DNA from: Promethearchaeum syntrophicum
GTDB lineage: Archaea; Asgardarchaeota; Lokiarchaeia; Sigyniarchaeales; Promethearchaeaceae
NCBI RefSeq assembly: GCF_008000775.2
Contig: NZ_CP042905.2
Coordinates: 3,060,001 to 3,092,000 of the forward strand
DNA length: 32,000 nt
Direction of reading: 5' to 3'
Positions 17,679 to 26,340 of this stretch are shown one piece after another. A program made the translations under genes and the position numbers. Position 1 is the first letter of the stretch, and every line of letters starts with the position of its first letter. The notes beneath the pieces were generated by a model. The model was not told the DNA's origin and ran no database searches. It saw nothing but the letters and a program-made list of their open reading frames with translations.

Positions 17679-19931
17679 TTAAGTTCGCACATAAAGAAAC
17701 CGCTTGAACGAAGCCCCATCTGGTAAATGATCTGGCATCTTTTTGCGAGCACGAATTTCCAAAATAAATTTCTCAGAAAACGACTTTGGAACAGGCTCGA
17801 AACCTATAAACTCATACCCGAAAAATGCTCGACCTTGAGTAGCTCCGCGAAAATCGTCAGCTATACCACCAGAAATTTCCGATGCAGGTAATTTACCCTT
17901 TACTCGCATATATGCGCCATCGGGAACAATTTCGGCTATTTGACCACGGTGTTGGGTAAGTACCTTAATTACACCGCCTTCTGAACCATTTGGAGTCTTT
18001 ATATCTACGTGCTGCATTGGTTCGAAGAGTTTAGCGCCCGCATTTAAAAATCCTAATGAAAGATTTGAGTTTATCATTGTAGCTATCTCACCATAGCCCG
18101 TATGAGCTGGATCCGTGTGTACTGTGGCGTCTGTGAAAACAGCTCTTATCCCCATGACTGGTTCCTTGCAAAGAGGCCCTTGAGAAACCCATTCTCTGAA
18201 AGCACCAATAACATACGATTTAATACGATCAAGTCTTTGTAAACCTTTTGAACCATCAATAAGCATATTACCTTCGTAAACATCCCAGATTTTCCGGGCT
18301 TCTTTGGCATCCCATCCGGCTCTTTCTCGGAGCAATCTTGCCATGGTCTTCTTATCGGTCATATCATTAATTTCGCCATCGAGACTCATTTTTGTTGCAA
18401 CTGCATCTAAGGGTTCAACAAACATTTTCATTCGGTTGTGGCCATTAGGTGATTTTGTATACAACACTTGTCCTTTCTCGGTGACCATTTCACGATAAAC
18501 TATGATAGGAGCTCCTACTTTAATCTTAACTTGCTTGTCAATTCTTTTGGTTATGATTTCAATTTGTAATGGATCAATTCCGCTCAGAACATATTCTTTA
18601 GATTCTTTATTTAAACTAAATTTAGCAGTATTATCGGCCATGAGCCATTTATTGGTCACTTCACCGAGTTTAGCCAAGTCTTGTGGATCAACTGGAGTAA
18701 TAGAGCGCGATACGACAGCTTCACAGGAATATTTGATACTTTCAAAGCGTGGGATATCTCCATGGTCTTCAAAAGTTTGAGCATATTCTGATGATACAAA
18801 AGACTCACCTGAGGGACATATGAATCCAAATAGAGCAAAAAGGTTTCCCGCTGGAACTTCTTCCATATCCAAGATATCTGTAATTTCCATAACACCTAAA
18901 CGCTTAACTTTTCGATTTTCTCTTCTGTTCACTAAGTAGATTTTATCCCCTTGATGTAATGTACCAGAAAAGATACGCCCGATTAGAGTTGGTCTAAAAG
19001 ATTTTGGATCAATGAATACTTTCGCAATCATTCCTAATAATTCACCCTTAGGATCTGATTCTTTCAATGATTTTCCGAGATCTGAATCCCAATCAATTCC
19101 TGAAATAATTTCTGGCAATCTGTATCGAGAAGCAGTAACTGGATCTGGTAAATGATCGATAACCATCCGTAAAAGTGCATCATCGAGTGTTAAATGCTTG
19201 CGAAGCCATTCAATATCCCCTTCATTATATTTCTCAAATACATATGTTGGTTTGATATTGTGATCTTTTAAAATTTCCATGGTGAATCCCCAACCATGTT
19301 TAGCCGATCCCAATGCTACTTGACTTTTTGCAAAATCAACTACCCAGTCTTGGCCTTCTGGTTGTAATTCTCGAATTAAATCATTGACACCATTAACAAT
19401 TGCATCAACACGTTGATATACCTCTGCAGGTTCCAATCGTAATTCTGAAATAAGTCGATCTACCTTATTGATAAACAATACTGGTTTACATTTTTCATTT
19501 CCAACACTTAAACGGATGTTTGTTTCTGTTTGAGTCATTACTCCTTCCAATGCATCAACTAATAAAATAGCACCATCAGAGCTTCTTAAAGCTCGAGAAA
19601 CTTCTCCAGTGAATGATAAATGTCCTGGAGTATCATTAATTTGGAAAATATATGGTTCTTCATCGTCTTTTGCCCGATCATCGTTAAAAGCTAATAATAC
19701 GACTGAAGTGAAAATTGTAATTCCACGTGCTTGTTCTTCTTCATCAGAGTCCATGGCTTGCATGGCTCCTGCATCTTCAGGTCGCATCAGACCTGCACGC
19801 TTTAATAGAAAATCGGAAGTTGTAGTTTTACCATGATCAATATGTGCGACGATTGAAAAAATTCTTTTTTTAGCAAAAGCCCCATTTTGTACCATTTCTT
19901 CGATTTCTTTAGGATTTCTAACTTTAACCAT
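17679..19931 (-). CDS. Translation elongation factor 2 (aEF-2 family, possibly a divergent paralog)
   Basis: 750 aa; 'SIVAHIDHGKTTTSDFLLKRAG', 'DEEEQARGITI', 'DTPGHLSFTGEVSRALRSSDGAILLVDALEGVMTQTETN', 'FINKVDRLI', 'RAFFGYEFIGFEPVP'. Confidence 0.93.
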   Translation of the reverse strand: MVKVRNPKEIEEMVQNGAFAKKRIFSIVAHIDHGKTTTSDFLLKRAGLMRPEDAGAMQAMDSDEEEQARGITIFTSVVLLAFNDDRAKDDEEPYIFQINDTPGHLSFTGEVSRALRSSDGAILLVDALEGVMTQTETNIRLSVGNEKCKPVLFINKVDRLISELRLEPAEVYQRVDAIVNGVNDLIRELQPEGQDWVVDFAKSQVALGSAKHGWGFTMEILKDHNIKPTYVFEKYNEGDIEWLRKHLTLDDALLRMVIDHLPDPVTASRYRLPEIISGIDWDSDLGKSLKESDPKGELLGMIAKVFIDPKSFRPTLIGRIFSGTLHQGDKIYLVNRRENRKVKRLGVMEITDILDMEEVPAGNLFALFGFICPSGESFVSSEYAQTFEDHGDIPRFESIKYSCEAVVSRSITPVDPQDLAKLGEVTNKWLMADNTAKFSLNKESKEYVLSGIDPLQIEIITKRIDKQVKIKVGAPIIVYREMVTEKGQVLYTKSPNGHNRMKMFVEPLDAVATKMSLDGEINDMTDKKTMARLLRERAGWDAKEARKIWDVYEGNMLIDGSKGLQRLDRIKSYVIGAFREWVSQGPLCKEPVMGIRAVFTDATVHTDPAHTGYGEIATMINSNLSLGFLNAGAKLFEPMQHVDIKTPNGSEGGVIKVLTQHRGQIAEIVPDGAYMRVKGKLPASEISGGIADDFRGATQGRAFFGYEFIGFEPVPKSFSEKFILEIRARKKMPDHLPDGASFKRFLYVRT

Positions 19932-20079
19932 TATAATTGCACCTAAATTTCATTTAGATAAGGAAAAAAATGGATCATATGATTTGAATTTTTGGGATTA
20001 GGAAGAAGTTCGCATAAAATTCGACTATCGCGAATTCTTAAATAAACTACCCACTCTTATTATATAGGGAAAAAATCAC

Positions 20080-21708
20080 ATGACCAATAATGCAATATGG
20101 GAAAACCCAAAATTACTGGGAATTCCTCCTTATAAACGATATGAAATGAAATTACCTCAAACTGCAAGAAAAGGATTCCATAAAAGAATAATTTTAATTT
20201 CGGATACTCACATCTCCACAGACAACAATCCAAGTTTAAATTCGGTCATGTTAAGAAAAGGGATCGAAGAAATCGACCGATATAAGGATGTTGATTATGT
20301 AATTCATTTAGGTGACCTTACTCATGATGGAACCTATTTGGAATACCAACAATCGTTAGATTTAATTCGACGATTGAATAAAGATAATTTTTATATAATC
20401 CCAGGGAACCATGATGCACGGAATGTAGGAGATAAATTATTTGAAGAATTTTTTGGATCTCGTCAGTTTGAAATTGAAGATGAAGATCTTTATATCTTTG
20501 GAGTTGACAGTTCACTTCCCGATAGAAACACAGGGAGAATTGGGAAAATGGCAATTCTAAGAAGCGAAGAGAATTTTTTGGCGCACCAAGATAAAATAAA
20601 AATATTCTGTTTCCATCATCAACTGATCCCAATCCCTCATACAGGGCGTGAACGATCAGCAGTCTTTGATGGAGGAGATGCTTTAGAAATGGCATTAAGA
20701 ACAAATGTTGATATAATTTTGAATGGACATCGCCATATTACCAATATCTATTCTTGTAGCGATGGAAATTCTGATTTACTTATATTCAATTGTGGAACAT
20801 TATCTGCAAATAAAACTCGCTATAAGGAAATGTTCTCCTATACTGTGCTAGATATAAATGAAAAGACTGTTAAATTTACTACTAAGAAACTATTGGATGG
20901 AAGTTTTTTGGAGAGATGGCGTTATATCTCCCAAAAATATCAGCAACCTCAAAAAATTTCTATCAAACCGATAAATACTCTTATTCATATGGGGGTTGTC
21001 AATTTTGGAGAGGGTTTATTTCTACCAGATATTTTCGATGATGGATGTAGGCAAGTAAAAAATTACAATCCAAATTTAATCTGTATGACCGGAAGTTTGA
21101 CGGGACACAATAAAGTGAGTGAATATCAATTTTCTAAGGAAAAATTAGCTGCAATTGAATGCCCTATGCTATTACTTCCAGGTTTTCAAGATTTACAGAA
21201 ATATGGGTGGGATCGGTATGCAGAATTTATGGGATCGTTAGATCCAAAATACAATTCAGAAAGGCTAAGAGTGTACGGGCTAAACGCCATTGATCAACAC
21301 TTAACCGATGGAGCCGTTGGTCGAAGTCGAATGTATGAAATTTGCAAGTATTTTAAAGAAACAAATGATAAAAAGTTGAATATACTTGCTTGTAATCATC
21401 GATTTTTGCCTTCTCCTAAATTGATATTTGAAACAATCTTAGAAGATTCAGGAAGTGTATTAAAAAATTTTACAAATCGGGAAAATAAAATTAAGTTAAT
21501 TTTAATGGGGCGTAATAATAGCAGTTATTCTCTACAAATTGAAGACACAGTCCTATCTTATTGTGGGTCCTTTTGTTCCCAAAATGTGGTGATTAGTAAC
21601 CACCATTCCTTCAATGTGATCAAAACCTATGAAAATGGGCTAACTCAAGTGTATGAGCATTGCATCGAAACGAATAGTTCGAAGTTATTAGGGCAGTTCT
21701 GGCAATAA
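20080..21708 (+). CDS. Calcineurin-like metallophosphoesterase with a second, degenerate phosphoesterase-like half
   Basis: 542 aa; N-terminal 'LISDTHIS', 'VIHLGDLTHDG', 'IPGNHDARN', 'CFHHQLIPIPHTG', 'ILNGHRHITNI'. Confidence 0.88.
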   Translation: MTNNAIWENPKLLGIPPYKRYEMKLPQTARKGFHKRIILISDTHISTDNNPSLNSVMLRKGIEEIDRYKDVDYVIHLGDLTHDGTYLEYQQSLDLIRRLNKDNFYIIPGNHDARNVGDKLFEEFFGSRQFEIEDEDLYIFGVDSSLPDRNTGRIGKMAILRSEENFLAHQDKIKIFCFHHQLIPIPHTGRERSAVFDGGDALEMALRTNVDIILNGHRHITNIYSCSDGNSDLLIFNCGTLSANKTRYKEMFSYTVLDINEKTVKFTTKKLLDGSFLERWRYISQKYQQPQKISIKPINTLIHMGVVNFGEGLFLPDIFDDGCRQVKNYNPNLICMTGSLTGHNKVSEYQFSKEKLAAIECPMLLLPGFQDLQKYGWDRYAEFMGSLDPKYNSERLRVYGLNAIDQHLTDGAVGRSRMYEICKYFKETNDKKLNILACNHRFLPSPKLIFETILEDSGSVLKNFTNRENKIKLILMGRNNSSYSLQIEDTVLSYCGSFCSQNVVISNHHSFNVIKTYENGLTQVYEHCIETNSSKLLGQFWQ

Positions 21709-21893
21709 CACCTCAGTTTAATCCTACTAAACTTAGCGAAAATATTCCGCTAGTTCTCCTTTTTTCGCGCTTGAAAACTTATTAACATTAAGTCTAGTAA
21801 TTCATTATATCCCAGGATAAAAATCACATATCTAAAAAAATATCCAAGCTTATCTTTATTAAAAGTAGTAAATAATAAAATGATGAAATAAAA

Positions 21894-22496
21894 ATGGACA
21901 ATTTAGACCAAAATGATTATAATCTAAGGAAGCAAATGCGCTCAAATATTTTTGATAAAATCCGGGATGGAGTAATAATTATGGATTTAAAAGGTTTTAT
22001 TGTGGATATAAATAAAAGTGTTGAGAAAATAACAGGTTATACTCGAGAAGAAGGACTATCGCGAAGTTGGAAAGATTTTGCTCCTGAGGAGGTGATTAAT
22101 CCGCTTCGAGAAATGTTTCATCAAAATCGGTTATTAACAGACTTTTCCAAGATTTCTGAATTTAAATTCCTTCATAAATCAGGTAAATTTATTCCCATGG
22201 AATGTTTCTTTGATATAATAAACGATAACCATGGTAACATGGAATATGTTGTACTTTTTATTCGTGATATTATTAAGCGAAAAACTTTTGAGGAAAAATT
22301 AGAGAAAACCTTAGATCATTTAAATACACTGAGTGACCTATTACCGATTTGTGCCAACTGTAAAAAAATTCGCGATGATAAAGGTTATTGGGAACAAGTA
22401 GAGACTTATCTCCAGAAACATAGTGATGTCAAGTTTACCCATGGGATCTGTCCCAAATGTGCTAAAGAATTGTATGGGGATTTACTTAAGGATTAA
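21894..22496 (+). CDS. PAS domain protein with C-terminal four-cysteine motif
   Basis: 200 aa; PAS region 'IFDKIRDGVIIMDLKGFIVDINKSVEKITGYTREE', PAC-like 'YVVLFIRDIIKRKTFEEKL', then 'LLPICANCKKIRDDKGYWEQVETYLQKHSDVKFTHGICPKCAKELYG'. Confidence 0.88.
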   Translation: MDNLDQNDYNLRKQMRSNIFDKIRDGVIIMDLKGFIVDINKSVEKITGYTREEGLSRSWKDFAPEEVINPLREMFHQNRLLTDFSKISEFKFLHKSGKFIPMECFFDIINDNHGNMEYVVLFIRDIIKRKTFEEKLEKTLDHLNTLSDLLPICANCKKIRDDKGYWEQVETYLQKHSDVKFTHGICPKCAKELYGDLLKD

Positions 22497-22502
22497 TTTG
22501 TT

Positions 22503-23651
22503 TTACAATAAAATTTCATAAATGAATTCATCCCAGCAGCTACCTTTAAAATTATTAGGAATAATATCAATATCCTGGGTCTCTACAAATTTATGTAAAA
22601 TATCCAAGCAAAAATCATTACTTTCATCATAAGGACTGCAATTATGAACCCCTCTTTCTTTTCCAGCTGCAGAGGGATCACAGATTACACGAGTTTGCTT
22701 CAATTCTTCATTAGATATGGAATGTTTTAAAAGCCAAAGCAGTGAAAATAGCCAAGGGGATCTAAATTGGCGGACTTTCTCCAATTCATTACTTAATGTA
22801 TTCATCTGAATATTTGCGGGGTTAATAGAAATGGTATCGACATTATTTTCAACACAAATTCGTACCGTTTGAAAAGTGTCGTATATCGCCCCATATTCAT
22901 TAATAAATGGCGGTTTAAATAAAATATAGGCTTTAATTCCGAAATTAAAAGAATGAAGTAAATCAATGGCAGCTAAAAACGAATTAAAATTAAACCCTTT
23001 ATTAATCAAGTTTATTCGAATAAAATCGCTACTTGTTTCCAGCCCCACACCGATTTCTAAATATTTATTCCCGATTAATGGTCTGTATTGTTCTAATATC
23101 TGCTTTGTAATATATTCTGGGCGCGATTCAATGACAATTTCTTTAATTGTGGAAAATTCACCCAGTGTTTTAAGGATTCTTAACTGAATTTCAATTGGGA
23201 TCTCTTTGGGATCGCAAAAACTCCCTGAGGTAAATATTTTAAAAACAATTTTTGAAGATGGATCTTTGAGTAATGATTCATTTTTTGAAAGAGAAACTTG
23301 GAATTGATTCCAATAATTTTCTCCCGTAATGGACTCTGGGGCTCTGTCATTCCAATAACCGCACATAGTACAGCCACCTGATTTGGATTTTGCCCAAGAA
23401 CACGCTGACGAACGAATAATTAGAGTAATTTCAGTCCCCATTCCATTTTTTAATCGTTCTGGTTTGGAAAAAACTGCCACTGGTCGATTTAATTGGGTTT
23501 GCTTGTCGTATTTACGTTTTTTTAAGGGACGATGGCGGAGATATACGAGTTCTTCCCATAATTCTTTTCCAAAATTATCTTGGGTAGCGAGCCACTCTTG
23601 AATTTCTTTTTGCATAAAATATTGATCATTATTGGTATCTTGTAGGGTCAT
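22503..23651 (-). CDS. raSEA: Archaeosine synthase beta subunit, radical SAM protein RaSEA
   Basis: 382 aa; 'SSACSWAKSKSGGCTMCGYWNDRAPESIT', 'KIFTSGSFCDPKEIP', 'IEIGVGLETSSDFIRINLINKGFNF'; directly downstream of arcS. Confidence 0.85.
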   Translation of the reverse strand: MTLQDTNNDQYFMQKEIQEWLATQDNFGKELWEELVYLRHRPLKKRKYDKQTQLNRPVAVFSKPERLKNGMGTEITLIIRSSACSWAKSKSGGCTMCGYWNDRAPESITGENYWNQFQVSLSKNESLLKDPSSKIVFKIFTSGSFCDPKEIPIEIQLRILKTLGEFSTIKEIVIESRPEYITKQILEQYRPLIGNKYLEIGVGLETSSDFIRINLINKGFNFNSFLAAIDLLHSFNFGIKAYILFKPPFINEYGAIYDTFQTVRICVENNVDTISINPANIQMNTLSNELEKVRQFRSPWLFSLLWLLKHSISNEELKQTRVICDPSAAGKERGVHNCSPYDESNDFCLDILHKFVETQDIDIIPNNFKGSCWDEFIYEILL

Positions 23652-23656
23652 TTTGA

Positions 23657-25894
23657 TTACACCTTTTTCCTGTGTTGCTTAATTTTCTTACGCAGTTTGC
23701 AAATCATCCCACTTGTAGCAAGATTCGCATCCGGGGGAGCTTGAACTAATTCACCAACACCCAAATATTTTCCATTTTTATTTACCACAATCATTTCATC
23801 TCCAGGATGGACGGAAGGATCGATTTCTTTTAAAATCGGTCGAAAAACCGTAGTTCCTTGTAAATTCTCCTCATTAATGCTAATTTGATGTTTCCCTAAT
23901 GGAATGAGTAATTCTGCACCCCTAGGAGCTAGTTTAATTAATCCAGTATTGACATATAATCTTCCAACGAGTAATTTGCCTGCACCATCGTATGTATATA
24001 TCTCGTTATATTGAGGCCGTTTTCCTTTGATAATAATAGCACCATTGTTAATTATCAATTCTCCCGCTCCATTCCCGAATTGATAATCCAGAGTAGCTTT
24101 TATAATGATTTCATCTTTGGTTATTTTATTATAATCCTTTGAATTATTGGATGGTGTGTTATCTTGAGAGATACTTTTCAAATTCTCAGAAATTTCAGAC
24201 TCTAAATTATTTAAACCATCATAACTACTGGCACCAAAATCATCGGTTTGGGATATTGAGTAGGTAAAATTGAATTTATTTTTATATTTATTGTCACGTG
24301 AGAGAAATAATTCTGCAATCTCGCACGCTTTTCGATATCCTCCGGTTAGATGGGCGATAACTGTCAATGGTGAATTTTTTTCGAATTCATATTTTTTAAG
24401 CCAATTTGCTAAACATTCGGCCGTGGAGCGAATTTCATAGGCATCCCATTCACCTGTAACAGGAATATCATAGTGAGCAGCAGGAAAAACTTTTTCCAAT
24501 TCGCGCGGTATGACTCCAGTCGGAGATGTAATTATCACTTGATGAATATCGTTATATATTTTCCCTGCAGCTTTTCGTATTGTTTTGATAAATTTTTGGT
24601 GGGATCTTGATTGCGAATACGGTTTTTTGGCTGAACAGGGTAAAATAACAACCATTTTATATTTTTTTGCGGGAGTTATATCATTTTTAACTCGGTTTAT
24701 GAAATTGATAATTTCTGGTCGGGTATAAGATTCTGAACCAATGCACATAACTGGATGTGAATTCATAATTGGAAAACGGAGATTGATTTCTTTAGCATAT
24801 TGGGTGTCGATCGTTCGTAAAAATGCGACTGCTAACGGACTGGAATGGATTTTCCTTTCAATATAGGATCTTATAGTATGATCTGCAATGGATTGTTTTC
24901 CTCGCCATAATTCTCCAATCGCGGAATAAAAATTATGATTTAAAACCAAAGATTTGACTTGAGGAGTCTCTTTTTTCATATTATTTAGATAAGAAATTAA
25001 TTGCTGACAATGTTTACATGAACACAGAGGATAACTCAATTCTCTTAGCCACTTTGTACTCTCTGGAGAAATATATAATCCTTTCATGCCCATTTGAAAT
25101 ATAAAACGCGTGTCAATTATATCAAAACCCATGTAAAGAGCCAAAGCATAATTTTGAGGAAAAATTTTACCACCTGCAATCCACAGTAAATTTGAGGGTA
25201 ATTTTCTTTTTAATTCAATTATCCATTGCAAGATTCTCTTACTTTGCATAAGATTTGCGAAAATATTACGGATACGTATGCCAAAGAGGTGATCTTGATT
25301 ACGTAGAATCCACTCTATAATATATTCCAATATTTTAGGATCTTCTTTAAAGGTAAATTCCAGAATGAATTGATCATCGGGATATTTTTTTAGTAATAAA
25401 TCTTCATACATTCTAAGTCGAGTAGATGTTGCGGCTAGTTCGTAAGATTGATATCTGGTTTCACTTGTATTTGGATAATTATCTGTTAAAATGTATAATT
25501 TCTGATGCATATTTGCTTGATCTTCTGATGTAAATTTTGAAATACGTGGAATTCCCCATAATTGCTTAGTTTCTGAAAAGACAGCTTCCTTTTCTTTTGT
25601 ATCTTCGGTTTTTTTTGTTTCAATTGCTTCCTTTTTTTCATTTTTTTCTTTCATTTCTTTCTCGGAAAAAATTCCTAAAGGATCTTGAATCTCATAACCA
25701 ATCAACTGATTAAAATTGTCTTTGTTTGGAATAAAATTAAAATAATTTAAGGTTTCATCTTTCTCTATACTGTTTAAAATGGTTTTGTTTATTGGGACCA
25801 TCAAATTTGGAGTTTTATACGATCGTTCCCCTAGTTTAATTCTCCCGAAACGAGCGAATCCGAGCTGCGATCTTACATCAAATCTTTGTTTCAT
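23657..25894 (-). CDS. arcS: Archaeosine synthase alpha subunit ArcS, with TGT-like N-terminus and C-terminal PUA domain
   Basis: 745 aa; 'VVILPCSAKKPYSQSRSHQKFIKTI', 'VITSPTGVIPRELEKVFPAAHYDIPVTGEWDAYE', C-terminal 'VHPGDEMIVVNKNGKYLGVGELVQAPPD'. Confidence 0.9.
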   Translation of the reverse strand: MKQRFDVRSQLGFARFGRIKLGERSYKTPNLMVPINKTILNSIEKDETLNYFNFIPNKDNFNQLIGYEIQDPLGIFSEKEMKEKNEKKEAIETKKTEDTKEKEAVFSETKQLWGIPRISKFTSEDQANMHQKLYILTDNYPNTSETRYQSYELAATSTRLRMYEDLLLKKYPDDQFILEFTFKEDPKILEYIIEWILRNQDHLFGIRIRNIFANLMQSKRILQWIIELKRKLPSNLLWIAGGKIFPQNYALALYMGFDIIDTRFIFQMGMKGLYISPESTKWLRELSYPLCSCKHCQQLISYLNNMKKETPQVKSLVLNHNFYSAIGELWRGKQSIADHTIRSYIERKIHSSPLAVAFLRTIDTQYAKEINLRFPIMNSHPVMCIGSESYTRPEIINFINRVKNDITPAKKYKMVVILPCSAKKPYSQSRSHQKFIKTIRKAAGKIYNDIHQVIITSPTGVIPRELEKVFPAAHYDIPVTGEWDAYEIRSTAECLANWLKKYEFEKNSPLTVIAHLTGGYRKACEIAELFLSRDNKYKNKFNFTYSISQTDDFGASSYDGLNNLESEISENLKSISQDNTPSNNSKDYNKITKDEIIIKATLDYQFGNGAGELIINNGAIIIKGKRPQYNEIYTYDGAGKLLVGRLYVNTGLIKLAPRGAELLIPLGKHQISINEENLQGTTVFRPILKEIDPSVHPGDEMIVVNKNGKYLGVGELVQAPPDANLATSGMICKLRKKIKQHRKKV

Positions 25895-25959
25895 CAGTTA
25901 AATTCTAAAGGAAAAGGAAAGCAAAAAAATTTTTGATTCTTTGGAAGAATGAAATAGGT

Positions 25960-26211
25960 TTAAAATATCAATTCCCAGGTTATCGGATTGAAAAGATTTT
26001 TCAAGAAAATCCAAAATTGTGTAAAAAACGGGGCAGGCATAAACTCCGTACATACAACCGGATATTCTGAAATATTAATTTTCTCACCTTCTATGGGTGA
26101 ACATGTAAACGTTAACGCGTTTTTCCAAACAATAAATATTATTACCAGAAACACGATAATGCTTAGAAAAAACAATAATATTATAATACCAACTATTTTC
26201 TTTTTTTCCAT
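25960..26211 (-). CDS. Predicted small single-pass membrane protein (about 83 aa)
   Basis: Starts at internal MEKKKIVGIIILLFFLSIIVFLVIIFIVW; the 98-aa track ORF starts further upstream but a GGGATC-type purine-rich stretch precedes this ATG. Weak coding evidence. Confidence 0.35.
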   Translation of the reverse strand: MEKKKIVGIIILLFFLSIIVFLVIIFIVWKNALTFTCSPIEGEKINISEYPVVCTEFMPAPFFTQFWIFLKNLFNPITWELIF

Positions 26212-26340
26212 TTTGATCCCTTTGATGAGAACGAAATTGTTTAAAATTAGATTCAAAGTTATATAAAAACTTATTTGTATTATTTTTTTAAAAGTTCTCG
26301 AAAAGTTTCAAGGGTAAAAAGGTGTGGGAGATAAGCAAGC

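Noticed and set aside
18304-19836. ORFs 18304-18498, 18502-18780, 18656-18895 and 19609-19836
   Set aside because: Overlap or lie antisense to the well-supported EF-2 gene; no recognisable motifs.
20003-20035. Possible stem between EF-2 and the phosphoesterase gene (AAGTTCGC ... GCGAATT)
   Set aside because: Stem is short, needs G-T wobble and has a ~16-nt loop; not distinguishable from chance.
25988-26266. 92-aa + strand ORF
   Set aside because: Antisense to the candidate small membrane protein; basic, phenylalanine/isoleucine-rich composition is explained as the shadow of a hydrophobic reading frame. Neither strand is strongly supported.
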